DNA from: Parcubacteria group bacterium
GTDB lineage: Bacteria; Patescibacteriota; Minisyncoccia; Moranbacterales; UBA2206
Direction: 5' to 3'
DNA length: 64,000 nt
Assembly: GCA_041674205.1 (NCBI GenBank)
Contig: JBAYWF010000003.1
Location: 47,221 to 111,220, forward strand
Below are positions 39,709 through 49,285 of the stretch, in pieces. Position 1 is the stretch's first letter; each line of letters starts with the position of its first letter. The translations under genes were made by a program, and so were the position numbers. The notes under the pieces were generated by a model. That model did not search any database. It was not told the origin of the DNA and saw only the letters and a program-made list of their open reading frames with translations.

Positions 39709-40515
39709 TCAAATAGATTGGGATTTAACAACCTCCAATAACTTTGCATGCAGGGCTGGAGACGACGCAAGAAAGGTGAAATTGTCTTGTGGTTGAGAAA
39801 GGGCATTTGAATAATCAATCGTATTTCCGAAAAAATCTGTATAAATTCCGCCCGCTTCCTCAATAATTATCTGCTGGGCAACATTATCCCATATTTTGCT
39901 CGTGCGATTTAAAAAAGCACCATAATTTCCTTTGGCTACCATAGCAATATCAAAAACACTATTACTGCTTCTTAAGTTTCTAATATTCAAAACTATTTCA
40001 GCTAGCAGCGCACACTCATCTCTTGTAAACTTCGGATTTTCTTGGTGACCATCAATTCCATACGCTACAAGCGCTTTTTTCAAATCGCCTTCTTTGGTAA
40101 TGCAGATTTTTTCGGAATTACAATATGCTCCTTGCCCTTTCTCGGCCACATAAATTTCGGAAAAGTTTGGCAAAGCTAGTCCACCAGCAATCGGAACATT
40201 ATTTTTTAACAATCCAAGCATTATCCCGTACAGCGGCGTTCCGTTGGCGAAGTTGCTAGTGCCGTCAATTGGATCAATGACCCATGTAAAAACTGACTTT
40301 TTATCAATCACTCCAGCTTCCTCATCAATGATGTTATGCTCCGGAAATTTGGCTTGGATTTTTCCAATCAATAATTTACCGATTTCTAAGTCAGTTTCCG
40401 TAAGTACCTGATTATTATCATCTTCCTTGGTGATGCCAGCAACTTTGCCAAAACTTTTTCTTGCAACGTCAGAAGCTTCTTTCAGAGATTGAGTAATGAA
40501 ATCCTTGTATTCCAT
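39709..40515 (-). CDS. Inositol monophosphatase family protein (first cassette)
   Basis: WVIDPIDGTSNF; close paralog of 20545..21366. Confidence 0.92.
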   Translation of the reverse strand: MEYKDFITQSLKEASDVARKSFGKVAGITKEDDNNQVLTETDLEIGKLLIGKIQAKFPEHNIIDEEAGVIDKKSVFTWVIDPIDGTSNFANGTPLYGIMLGLLKNNVPIAGGLALPNFSEIYVAEKGQGAYCNSEKICITKEGDLKKALVAYGIDGHQENPKFTRDECALLAEIVLNIRNLRSSNSVFDIAMVAKGNYGAFLNRTSKIWDNVAQQIIIEEAGGIYTDFFGNTIDYSNALSQPQDNFTFLASSPALHAKLLEVVKSQSI

Positions 40516-40548
40516 AATGTTAAAAAAGTGAATTAAAAAAATTTTATT

Positions 40549-40633
40549 TCCGATAACTCGTTTATGCGCGAAATTTGTTTCGTATAATGCTCGATAATTT
40601 GTTTGTTATGCTAAATTATTGCGCGTTATCCGG
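40549..40633 (-). other. Putative attI-like primary recombination site
   Basis: GTT core of the first cassette without an attC stem; gcgcATAA-N5-TTATcgga dyad; aatttgttt direct repeats; TTATGCTAAAT box. Confidence 0.5.
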
Positions 40634-40689
40634 ATTTATTTTAATCCCTAAAACTTGCCTGCCGCTTTTTTCTAGAGTATGTACATCTG

Positions 40690-42339
40690 TCACATCCGAC
40701 TCACTTCATCCGTGCTTTCTAAAATGACTTTATTGCCTTTGAATATCTTGCGGGTCAGGGAATTTCTGAACAAGACGTATTCTTCCAGCTTCAAGAAATG
40801 GCTGATGCCGGTAAAAATCACGAATCCCAGGGCCAGCGGAACGGTCAATTGGGTGAAAACTCCCAAAAAAGTATCCAAATCGACCACCGAAGCGACCGCG
40901 TATTTCGCGCCTTGTATCCCGAGGCCGGCCGCGAAGGAAGCGAAAGCGATTTTCGATACCGACAGGATGATGTTTTTATCATCCAAACTCTCGAAGCGAG
41001 CGCGCAAGAAAAAAAGTAACAGCATCATCTGCACCACGTTGGCCAAAGAAAACGCGATCGCCAAACCGACGATCTGGACGCGGCCGATGAGCATTATGAC
41101 CGCCAGGATATTCACGGCCTCCGTAGCGATGGCGATATAGAAAGGGGTCTTGGTGTCTTGCAAGGCATAGAACGAACGGGCCAGGAGCTGCACCGCGCTT
41201 TGCGCGAACAGGCTGAGCGCCAAGATGCCCAAACATTGGAAGGTCAGGATCGTATCGTTCCAATCGAATTTTCCGGCTCCCAACACGACCCGCACGATCT
41301 GCGCCCGCAAGACGACCATAAACACACTGAGTGGGATGACGAAAAACATTATCTGGCGGAAAGTTTCCGAAAAAGCCCTTATGAAATTTTCCTTCTCGTC
41401 ACGCGCGGCATACGTTGACAAGACGGGAAAAACCGCGATAGCGAAAGATATCCCGAACACGCTGAGCGGCACGCTGGCCAAGTTTTGGGAAAAATTGAAC
41501 ACCGCCAAACTGCCGGCGGCCAGCGTCGAAGCGAAGACCGTGATCACCATCAGATTGAACTGGTTGATCGCGATGCCGGTCATCCGCGGCAGCATCAGGG
41601 TGAAAACCTTGCGCACATTCCGGTTTTGCCAGGCCGCCGCCAATCCCCATCGGTGGACATAGCCCAATTTCCGCACCGTCGTATATTGCAGGACCATATG
41701 CATCAAGGCGCCGAAGACCACGCCCCACGCCAGCCCGATCGGCCCCATCAGCCGGACAAACACGGTGATGCCCAGAATGATGCCGATATTATACAGGAGC
41801 GGCGCGATCGAATACACTAGAAAATGTTTCATCGAAGTCAGGACACCACCCATAATCCCGCTGACACCCAATAAAATCGGGCTTAAGAACATTATCCTGG
41901 TAAACAGGACCGCGCTTTCCATCTTTTCCGGGGAAAAACCCGGAGTGATGATCCGCATCAAAAGCGGCGCGGCGATCGCACAGGCCAGCGAAATGATGAT
42001 GATTAAAAACAAAGACAGGTTCATAATCCCGTTGGTCAGCCGCCAAGCTTCGTCATTATCCCCGTCCTTGCTTCGCAATCCGGTGAAAACCGGAATGAAA
42101 GCGGCGCTCATCGAACCCAGGATAAGCAAGCTATAAATCAGATCCGGAATCCGGAAGGCCGCATAATAGACATCCAGCGTGTCCCCCGCTCCGAAATTCG
42201 AAGCCAGCAGGCGATCGCGCACAAGCCCGAGCAGATTGCTCACAAGGCCCGCGACCGTGATTACGAAAGCCGCCGAAATGACCGATTCGGTCGGCCGGGA
42301 TTTCAATATGAAATTAGCTTTGAAAATTTTATCCATCAT
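40690..42339 (-). CDS. murJ: Lipid II flippase MurJ
   Basis: LGLVRD, AFRIPD, FIPVF, RSFYALQDTKTP. Confidence 0.93.
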   Translation of the reverse strand: MMDKIFKANFILKSRPTESVISAAFVITVAGLVSNLLGLVRDRLLASNFGAGDTLDVYYAAFRIPDLIYSLLILGSMSAAFIPVFTGLRSKDGDNDEAWRLTNGIMNLSLFLIIIISLACAIAAPLLMRIITPGFSPEKMESAVLFTRIMFLSPILLGVSGIMGGVLTSMKHFLVYSIAPLLYNIGIILGITVFVRLMGPIGLAWGVVFGALMHMVLQYTTVRKLGYVHRWGLAAAWQNRNVRKVFTLMLPRMTGIAINQFNLMVITVFASTLAAGSLAVFNFSQNLASVPLSVFGISFAIAVFPVLSTYAARDEKENFIRAFSETFRQIMFFVIPLSVFMVVLRAQIVRVVLGAGKFDWNDTILTFQCLGILALSLFAQSAVQLLARSFYALQDTKTPFYIAIATEAVNILAVIMLIGRVQIVGLAIAFSLANVVQMMLLLFFLRARFESLDDKNIILSVSKIAFASFAAGLGIQGAKYAVASVVDLDTFLGVFTQLTVPLALGFVIFTGISHFLKLEEYVLFRNSLTRKIFKGNKVILESTDEVSRM

Positions 42340-42343
42340 AAAT

Positions 42344-44746
42344 TTATCTTTGCGTGAACGCGGCGCCTACGAATTTATCCGTCTTGAGATCGGATTCGAT
42401 TTTTATATTATTATTTTCCCGCCTGACCTTTTCCGGATAATTCCAAACCATCTTATAGTTGTCCGGATAGGCGATTTCCGCCGTGAACGCGCTGCCCAAG
42501 CTGCCGGCTTGTTTTTGGGCCAAAAGCGAATACGTGTCCGCCGGTTTGCCTGCACCATCCATACTGAGTTTGAACGGCAACAGATATTTATATTTTATGA
42601 CCACCGTTTCTTGCGGACTGACATAGACCCAGTTGGCAAAAACGGTCTTGCCCGAATCCGCATAAATCCTGGTTCCGCTTTCTTCATCGATTTCCAGCGA
42701 ATCCTCCTCCATCCGCACTTGGGCGTCTTGTTTGAAAGCCAAAGCGCGGTAATCCAAAGGCGGCGTGTCGTATTCGCGCGTCTGCCCCTCAGCTGAAAGC
42801 AAGACGGAGCCTTCCGGGACATAGACCCGCATATAATCCGCGTTGACTTTATTCCACCAATCATGTTCCAAACTGCCTCCCCTATGATGGCGAGTTACGG
42901 TCAAGGTGTCAACCACCGATCCGTCCGGTTGGATTTCCGCCTGATGCTCGATTTTTTCATCGACCACCCCGTCCGTTTTATACCCGTTGATATTCGTATT
43001 GACCACGCTCACATAATCCTTTTGCGTATCCAATATCTCGCCCGACCAGCCCTGCCCGGATAATACTTTTTCAATTTCATAATTTTTGGAATAAATCAAA
43101 ATTTGTTTTTCATCCAAACTCTCCGACAAGACGTCCATAGTCCGGGCGATATCGGAAAAATTCCTGGCGTTGAAAAGTTTGTCCAAAATTTTCGGCGCCA
43201 GATCGGCCAAAATCTGTTTGGGCTTGTTCAGCTCCTTATCATAGTCCACCTCCACTTCGTATTGGATCTTTTCTATGAAATTGTCCTTATCCACCGTCAC
43301 GCCGTATTCCGGCAACTCGATAGGCCCGGTGATTTCCAGCATCTTTTGCATCACGGTCGGCGTCATCGCGATCACGCCGTCCACGGTCGGACCGCCGGTC
43401 TTCTCATAGAACCAGGCGGCCTTCTCAGCCGACTTGGGAAAATCCGGAAACCAATTGCTGTCATGCAAACTCCAAGCCGCCGAAATTTTCTGGATCGGCA
43501 CCGGCGGAATGACTTTTTCCCGCAGCTGGCCGTCCGGATTATATATCCCGTCGATAAAAAATTTCCTCACGTTGCCATTGGAAATATCCAGCACTCCATA
43601 GGTGCCGATGAAACCTCCCGTAGCGCGCATCTCCTGGTTGTTTTGGAAAAGAAACAGGTATTTGCGCATCCCGTTACCGCCCAGCACATCCGTAAAAATC
43701 TGGCTGTTGCCGATAAATTCAGCCAAGAAAAGGTTCGTTTCCGGCAGCTGGCTTTTCAATTCGACAAATTGCGCCTGGCGATCTTCGGGAATATCGTCAA
43801 GATTGACCTTGTCCAAATTATCCTGGACATCCTGCATCAAGATGGAAATTTCTTTCAAATTCTTGTCAGTATCCTGGAATATCCGCAAAAAAGACACGGT
43901 CGGACCGGCATCGCCAGCCAACGGATTCTTGATCGCGTCCAGCGACTGCATAATCCCGCTAGCCAAAATTCCAATCCGGGAAACGTCCTTCCCGACCTGG
44001 GCGATATGGTCGCCGGAGGAAATTTTTGAAAAAAACGGGATGAACCGGGAGGTTTCGACCAAGATTCCGCCCAGACTGTTTATGTCCTGGGATATTTTCC
44101 CGAATTTATCATAGGCCTGGCTGAATTCCAAAGAAGATTTTTGGAAATCACGCCCGGCGATGCCGTCCCTGGCCATAGCCAGATCCGCATACGCATCCTG
44201 TCCGATACCTAAAACATCTTTCTTGACCCCCATGCCCTTATTGAAAAAACCCGTACCCGCGATTACCAAAAATATGGCCGCCGCCACTCCCGCGAAAGAA
44301 AAAAATACTTTTTTATATCGCCGGCTAGGGACATCCTTTTTTTGATCGTGCGCACCGGAAAATACCGTCCGCTTGGCCGCCGCACCCCCGGCATAATCCG
44401 CAAAAATCCGGTCCGGTCCGGCCGCCAAAAAACGCGGTTCGACATTCCTTTTGATTCCTATCTTTACGGCGCCATCCGGAACGGCCGGATGTTCCGGCAC
44501 GTTTTTTTCCCGCCGGACAGGCGCCGGCCGCGATATGGCGCTCCCAGGACGCCGGATATCCCCGAAAGTTGTCCGCCTGGCGGCACCATCCCGGAACATT
44601 CGCGATTGCGAATCAGAGCCTGCCGTCTTTCCAGCCATTCCCATCGGCGAACCGCCGGTTTGGTTAGCCGGCCGGACATCCGACATCCGAAGATTTATTT
44701 TATTTCCCCCCGTCCAGGAACGGGTTTTATTTTTGTTTTCCATCAA
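42344..44746 (-). CDS. DUF4012 domain membrane-anchored protein
   Basis: YLFLFQNNQEMRATGGFIG, DSNWFPDFP, YMRVYVP. Confidence 0.85.
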   Translation of the reverse strand: MMENKNKTRSWTGGNKINLRMSDVRPANQTGGSPMGMAGKTAGSDSQSRMFRDGAARRTTFGDIRRPGSAISRPAPVRREKNVPEHPAVPDGAVKIGIKRNVEPRFLAAGPDRIFADYAGGAAAKRTVFSGAHDQKKDVPSRRYKKVFFSFAGVAAAIFLVIAGTGFFNKGMGVKKDVLGIGQDAYADLAMARDGIAGRDFQKSSLEFSQAYDKFGKISQDINSLGGILVETSRFIPFFSKISSGDHIAQVGKDVSRIGILASGIMQSLDAIKNPLAGDAGPTVSFLRIFQDTDKNLKEISILMQDVQDNLDKVNLDDIPEDRQAQFVELKSQLPETNLFLAEFIGNSQIFTDVLGGNGMRKYLFLFQNNQEMRATGGFIGTYGVLDISNGNVRKFFIDGIYNPDGQLREKVIPPVPIQKISAAWSLHDSNWFPDFPKSAEKAAWFYEKTGGPTVDGVIAMTPTVMQKMLEITGPIELPEYGVTVDKDNFIEKIQYEVEVDYDKELNKPKQILADLAPKILDKLFNARNFSDIARTMDVLSESLDEKQILIYSKNYEIEKVLSGQGWSGEILDTQKDYVSVVNTNINGYKTDGVVDEKIEHQAEIQPDGSVVDTLTVTRHHRGGSLEHDWWNKVNADYMRVYVPEGSVLLSAEGQTREYDTPPLDYRALAFKQDAQVRMEEDSLEIDEESGTRIYADSGKTVFANWVYVSPQETVVIKYKYLLPFKLSMDGAGKPADTYSLLAQKQAGSLGSAFTAEIAYPDNYKMVWNYPEKVRRENNNIKIESDLKTDKFVGAAFTQR

Positions 44747-45867
44747 ACTTTATTCGAGTATATTGCTAAAGTTTCCTCGGCCATTTTTTTCCAGCTATAT
44801 TTCTTAGCCTGGACATAGCCCTTCCCGATCAATTCGTCCCGCAATCCCGCGTCGCTGACGATTCTCCGCATCGCTTCAGCCATCGCCCCGACATCCTTGC
44901 CGTCAAAAAAATGCGCGCTCCCGCCCAAGACTTCCCGCATACAAGGATGATCCGAGGATATGACCGGCACGCCCTTGGACATCGCCTCGAGCGGCGGCAA
45001 ACCGAACCCTTCGTATAAAGATGGAAAAACATTGGCGACCGAGCGATGGAACAGAGTGTCCAATTCGTAATCCGAAACATCCGAAAGGAAAATGATATCT
45101 TCCGCCTGATGTTTCCTAACCGATTTCCGCAACTGCCCGTAAAAATAGTCGTCCTTGCCCACCAACACCAACTGGAAATCTTTTTTTTCTCCGAACGCCC
45201 GGGTGAAAGCCAACACCAGCCTGTCCAGGTTTTTATGCGGATACGCGTTGCCGACATAAATCAGATACGGCTTTATTATACCATATTCTTGCAAAATTTC
45301 CTGGCCATTTCTCCGGCTGAACATACAGAAATCCTCGCACGCTTCATAGGTCACGGTTATTTTATTTTCGACGGACCGGCCGTATTTTTTCACGACGTCA
45401 TCTTTGGTAAATTGCGAAATGGCGATGATATTTTCCGCCCGCATTATCGCCGCCCGAATGACCAGCAGGTACGCGAAAAACTTCACCCGGTAGAAAACCG
45501 GATGCAGCGTGCTGTTTTTGACGGTGGGAAAATGCACCAGCGTCAAATCATGGATAGTCACGATGAATTTTTTGAAATATAACAAAGGGACGTTGAAGTG
45601 GGGAAAATGCATCAGATCCAATCCATACCTGCGCACCATCAGCGGGAAAAATAATTGTTCCCTGAAAGTATACCACCGGTAATCCGCCAAGACTTTTTTG
45701 AAGTTCGGATTCTTAGGCTGGTATTCCTCGAAATTTTCCCGTTGGAGGAAAATCCAATATTCATTGGCCGGATCTATTTTTTCCAAATTCTCCACCAGCT
45801 TCTGGGTATAGCGCCCCAAGCCCTTTTGCCTTATGCCGAAAAAACGCGCGTCGATTCCGATTTTCAT
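44743..45867 (-). CDS. Glycosyltransferase family 4
   Basis: VTIHDL, FPSLYEGFGLPPLEAM. Confidence 0.93.
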   Translation of the reverse strand: MKIGIDARFFGIRQKGLGRYTQKLVENLEKIDPANEYWIFLQRENFEEYQPKNPNFKKVLADYRWYTFREQLFFPLMVRRYGLDLMHFPHFNVPLLYFKKFIVTIHDLTLVHFPTVKNSTLHPVFYRVKFFAYLLVIRAAIMRAENIIAISQFTKDDVVKKYGRSVENKITVTYEACEDFCMFSRRNGQEILQEYGIIKPYLIYVGNAYPHKNLDRLVLAFTRAFGEKKDFQLVLVGKDDYFYGQLRKSVRKHQAEDIIFLSDVSDYELDTLFHRSVANVFPSLYEGFGLPPLEAMSKGVPVISSDHPCMREVLGGSAHFFDGKDVGAMAEAMRRIVSDAGLRDELIGKGYVQAKKYSWKKMAEETLAIYSNKV

Positions 45868-45946
45868 AGCCTAATTATACCACCAAAAACGGCTTGGGAC
45901 TATGCGCGCAAAAACCGAAACCAGGAATTCCGGCCTATGCCGGCTC

Positions 45947-47110
45947 CTACAGTTTATGGATCATCTTCAAAAAATCTTCCGCGGTCCTCAACCAGTTGAA
46001 ATTCCTGGCCTGGGCCAGGCCTTTGCCGACAAGATCATCACGCAATCCGCTGCCTGCCAGCACTTCTTTCATCGCCCGGTATAATTCATCCGGCTTGTGC
46101 GGATCGACCATAATCCCCCCTTTGCCGACGATTTCCGGCAATGAAGAATTGTTCGATGTGATGACCGGCACCCCGCAAGCCATCGCTTCAAGCGGCGGAA
46201 AACCGAAACCCTCGAAAATCGACGGATAGACGAAGAGCGAAGCCAGGTTCATCACGAATTCCTTATCCTCTTCATCGATGAATTTCGCGACTATTATTTT
46301 GTCCCGGTACCGGGAAGCGTTGATTTCGGCGAATATCTCCCCGTTCAGCCAGCCGTCCGATCCCGCGATGACCAATCTGTATTTCGCGATTTCCTCCTGA
46401 TTGGCGTCCGACGCGTCCCGTTGCAATTGGTTATAGGCCGCGATGATGGCCGCGATGTTCTTTCTCGGCTCGATCGTTCCTAAAAAAAGGATAAACTTGT
46501 AGGGCAAGCCGTATTTTTCCTTGACGCGGACCAGCTCGCCGTTATTGCGGTCCAAGACCTTGAATTTTTCCGAAAGGCCGCTATGGGCCGCCCGGATTTT
46601 TTCCGGCTTGATCCGGAAGAGGTTCGCGACGTCTTGCGCCGTAGAATCGGAAACCGCGATGACCCTGTCGGCCCGCCGGCACATTTTCTGCGGATTTATG
46701 AAGACGTGCCATAATCTTCTTTTCCAGGAAAAAGTTTCGGGATATCTGGCGAAAGACAAGTCGTGGATAGTCAAAATCAATTTGGTTTTCCGGCTCACGC
46801 TGCCGAAGATGATATTGGGCATAAAAAAAATATCCGCCCCTCCGATCATTTTGTCTATCTTCGGCCAGTCCAGATACCAAAACAGGAAATTCAAAAGTTT
46901 GTTCGGCCAAGCGAACCTTTTCAGGCTGACATTCGGAAATTCCTTGATCCAGGAAAAATCGACCGCCTCGGATCTGAACGAATTGAAAAAAAGCACATAT
47001 TCGTTGCGCGTATCAAGCTTGAACAGGTTAGTCAAAAGATTGAAGGTATATTCCTCCACCCCGGTATTCCTTCCTTGCGTCAAACATCGAACATCGATTC
47101 CGATCCGCAT
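45947..47110 (-). CDS. Glycosyltransferase family 4
   Basis: GTIEPRKN, YPSIFEGFGFPPLEAM. Confidence 0.93.
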   Translation of the reverse strand: MRIGIDVRCLTQGRNTGVEEYTFNLLTNLFKLDTRNEYVLFFNSFRSEAVDFSWIKEFPNVSLKRFAWPNKLLNFLFWYLDWPKIDKMIGGADIFFMPNIIFGSVSRKTKLILTIHDLSFARYPETFSWKRRLWHVFINPQKMCRRADRVIAVSDSTAQDVANLFRIKPEKIRAAHSGLSEKFKVLDRNNGELVRVKEKYGLPYKFILFLGTIEPRKNIAAIIAAYNQLQRDASDANQEEIAKYRLVIAGSDGWLNGEIFAEINASRYRDKIIVAKFIDEEDKEFVMNLASLFVYPSIFEGFGFPPLEAMACGVPVITSNNSSLPEIVGKGGIMVDPHKPDELYRAMKEVLAGSGLRDDLVGKGLAQARNFNWLRTAEDFLKMIHKL

Positions 47111-47145
47111 AAGCCTGCAGTTTAAAGATAAATGCCGTCCGGTTT

Positions 47146-47751
47146 TTATTCCAAATAGTGTTTCAACATCACCGCCCAAAATCCAAGGAAAATCCCCAAG
47201 GCCGCCGATGCCAAAAGGATGGCCAGCGCGCCGATCCGATCCTGGATGATGACCGGATCCTGCGCCACGATTTCAAACCAAGCGGCCTCGTTCTGCTTCT
47301 TGTTCAGCAGTTTGATGTTTTTCGTGATGGTTTCCGGTATCGCCGCGGAAATTTTTTCCGCCGATTTTCCATCTTTCGCGGAAAAAGAAACCGCTACGAT
47401 TTGCGCGGAAAGCTTCTCCGCCGTGAAACTTTTGGCCAGCCGGCGCATAGTGAAACTATCCGTCCCGATTCCGGCTTTCCCATAGATATCCACCACGGTC
47501 CGCGGATTTTTCAGCCACTCCACGACGGTTTCGGCGAATTTTTCATCGGCCTGCAAGCGGTAGAAATCATCATAGCGGTAATCGGCGGTCTGTTGGATGC
47601 CGCCGCGGGTGATGTTGAGCGCCAGCGAAGCTGAATATGAAACCGGGCGCAAAGCGAAATACGCGAAACTGCCCAGCACGATCACGATGATCACGCCGAA
47701 AAACAATCCGCCATTCTTCCTGAAAATTTTGAAATATTCTTTCAGTTCCAT
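47146..47751 (-). CDS. Wzz/CapA-like chain-length determinant
   Basis: MELKEY N-terminus, two terminal TMs, PxxYxA; inside the GT cluster. Confidence 0.65.
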   Translation of the reverse strand: MELKEYFKIFRKNGGLFFGVIIVIVLGSFAYFALRPVSYSASLALNITRGGIQQTADYRYDDFYRLQADEKFAETVVEWLKNPRTVVDIYGKAGIGTDSFTMRRLAKSFTAEKLSAQIVAVSFSAKDGKSAEKISAAIPETITKNIKLLNKKQNEAAWFEIVAQDPVIIQDRIGALAILLASAALGIFLGFWAVMLKHYLE

Positions 47752-47802
47752 ATTTTTATTTAAATATTGATAATCCCTCTGGACCGGCAGGAATCCCGAA
47801 AC

Positions 47803-48906
47803 TCAATTCGATTCTTTGAATTTCCCGTATTCACTCTCTATATATTCCTTTATTCTAGCCTTAAAAAGGCTTTTGTCAAATTTCTCGGCCTGCGCACGGA
47901 TATAGGCCGGATCATAGTCGGCATCATTGAATTTGCCGATCGCCTCGACGATGGCTGGCACGGTCTGTTCTTCAAAAAACAAGCCCATTTTCCCCTCTTC
48001 TATATGTTCCGGGATATCACCCCCGCGGAAAGCGATTATCGGACGGCCTGAAGCCATCGCTTCGATAGCCACTATGCCGAAATCCTCCTCTTGCGGGAAA
48101 ATGAACGCCCGGCACTGCGCATAATATCCGGGCAATTCTTCGTCCGAAACGCGCCCTAGGAATTCGATATTGCCTTCCGCCATTTCTTTCAATTTCTGAT
48201 ATTCCGGACCCCGGCCGATTATCTTCAACTGCAAGCCCGTCCGGTTGAAAGCCTGGACCACGAGATCCAATTTTTTGTACGCCATAAACCGTCCGACCAG
48301 GAGGAAATAGTCCCCGCGCTCCGCGCTGGTATAAAATCTCGTGATATCGATTGGCGGATTGATTACCGCGGAATCCCTTTTATAATATTTTTTTATCCTG
48401 CGCGCGATGAAATTGGAATTGGCGATAATCTTGTCCGGCCGATCGGCGCTGACACGGTCCCATATCCGGACATAGTTCATCACCAGCGGTATGAACCTTT
48501 TTATAATCGAAGGGAAATAGAAATCTTCGGTATATTTCTGGCAATCATCCCAAGCGAAACGCATCGGGGTGTGCATATAACAGACGTGCAGCGTTTCCGG
48601 ACCGGTGATGATGCCTTTGGCGAAACTGGATGAATCCGACAAGACGACATCATAGCCGGAAAAATCGAACTGTTCGATGGCCATCGGCATAAATTGCGGA
48701 AAAACCCGGTGCTTCTTCCGGGAAAACGGGATGTTCTGCAAAAAAGACGTCCGGATGTCCTTGCCTTCGAAAAAACCGTGCATCAGTTTTTTGTCATAGA
48801 CCAAGGTGTGGATCGGAGCGTCCGGAAAAACCTCCGTGAAACATTCCAGAACCTTTTCCGCCCCTCCGACTTGGACCAGATAATCGTGAACCAGTGCGAT
48901 TTTCAT
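47803..48906 (-). CDS. Glycosyltransferase family 4 (WbaZ-like)
   Basis: VHDYL..GGAE, HTPMR, EEDFGIVAIEAMA. Confidence 0.92.
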   Translation of the reverse strand: MKIALVHDYLVQVGGAEKVLECFTEVFPDAPIHTLVYDKKLMHGFFEGKDIRTSFLQNIPFSRKKHRVFPQFMPMAIEQFDFSGYDVVLSDSSSFAKGIITGPETLHVCYMHTPMRFAWDDCQKYTEDFYFPSIIKRFIPLVMNYVRIWDRVSADRPDKIIANSNFIARRIKKYYKRDSAVINPPIDITRFYTSAERGDYFLLVGRFMAYKKLDLVVQAFNRTGLQLKIIGRGPEYQKLKEMAEGNIEFLGRVSDEELPGYYAQCRAFIFPQEEDFGIVAIEAMASGRPIIAFRGGDIPEHIEEGKMGLFFEEQTVPAIVEAIGKFNDADYDPAYIRAQAEKFDKSLFKARIKEYIESEYGKFKESN

Positions 48907-48970
48907 ATTTGTTGAATTCGTCGCGATCGACTTTTTCCGAGAGCCGGTGTTTGATTTCAATAACTTCATC

Positions 48971-49156
48971 TTAAACCCGTGAAGGCCTTCTGTTGACTTC
49001 GGCTAGTTTCAATTTCATTCCGCCGATAACTTCCAATATCAAATCGACCTTTTCTGTCAGGCCGGCACATTGCTCGATAGCGATCGCGCCTTGGCTTTTT
49101 ATCTCCTCAAACATCGCCAAGATATGATCTTCCGGATAATTTTTCTTACTTTTCAT
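48971..49156 (-). CDS. Small helical hypothetical protein
   Basis: 61 aa; resembles the N-terminus of 58127..58612. Confidence 0.45.
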   Translation of the reverse strand: MKSKKNYPEDHILAMFEEIKSQGAIAIEQCAGLTEKVDLILEVIGGMKLKLAEVNRRPSRV

Positions 49157-49285
49157 GTTTTTTATTCCTATCTCTCAGCGATTTTCATGAATCAATTATA
49201 CTTCTTTCAAATTTCGATGTCAATCAGCCAAAAAACCCGGAAAAAATTCCGGGTCCGGTCCGGTTTTTCCATTCCGGCAAGCGGA

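Larger units (their letters stand above)
32007..40633 (-). mobile_element. Integron-like gene cassette array lacking an integrase (CALIN-like)
   Basis: Single-gene AT-rich units separated by related AAC…GTT hairpins; the GTT core at each cassette start is complementary to the AAC core at its own end. Confidence 0.85.

Noticed and set aside
32007-40557. CRISPR interpretation of the repeated intergenic motifs
   Set aside because: Repeats vary in length and sequence and are separated by whole genes; no cas genes
40587-40616. Chromosomal dif site
   Set aside because: 8-bp spacer, weak XerC arm, and gene orientation does not switch across it
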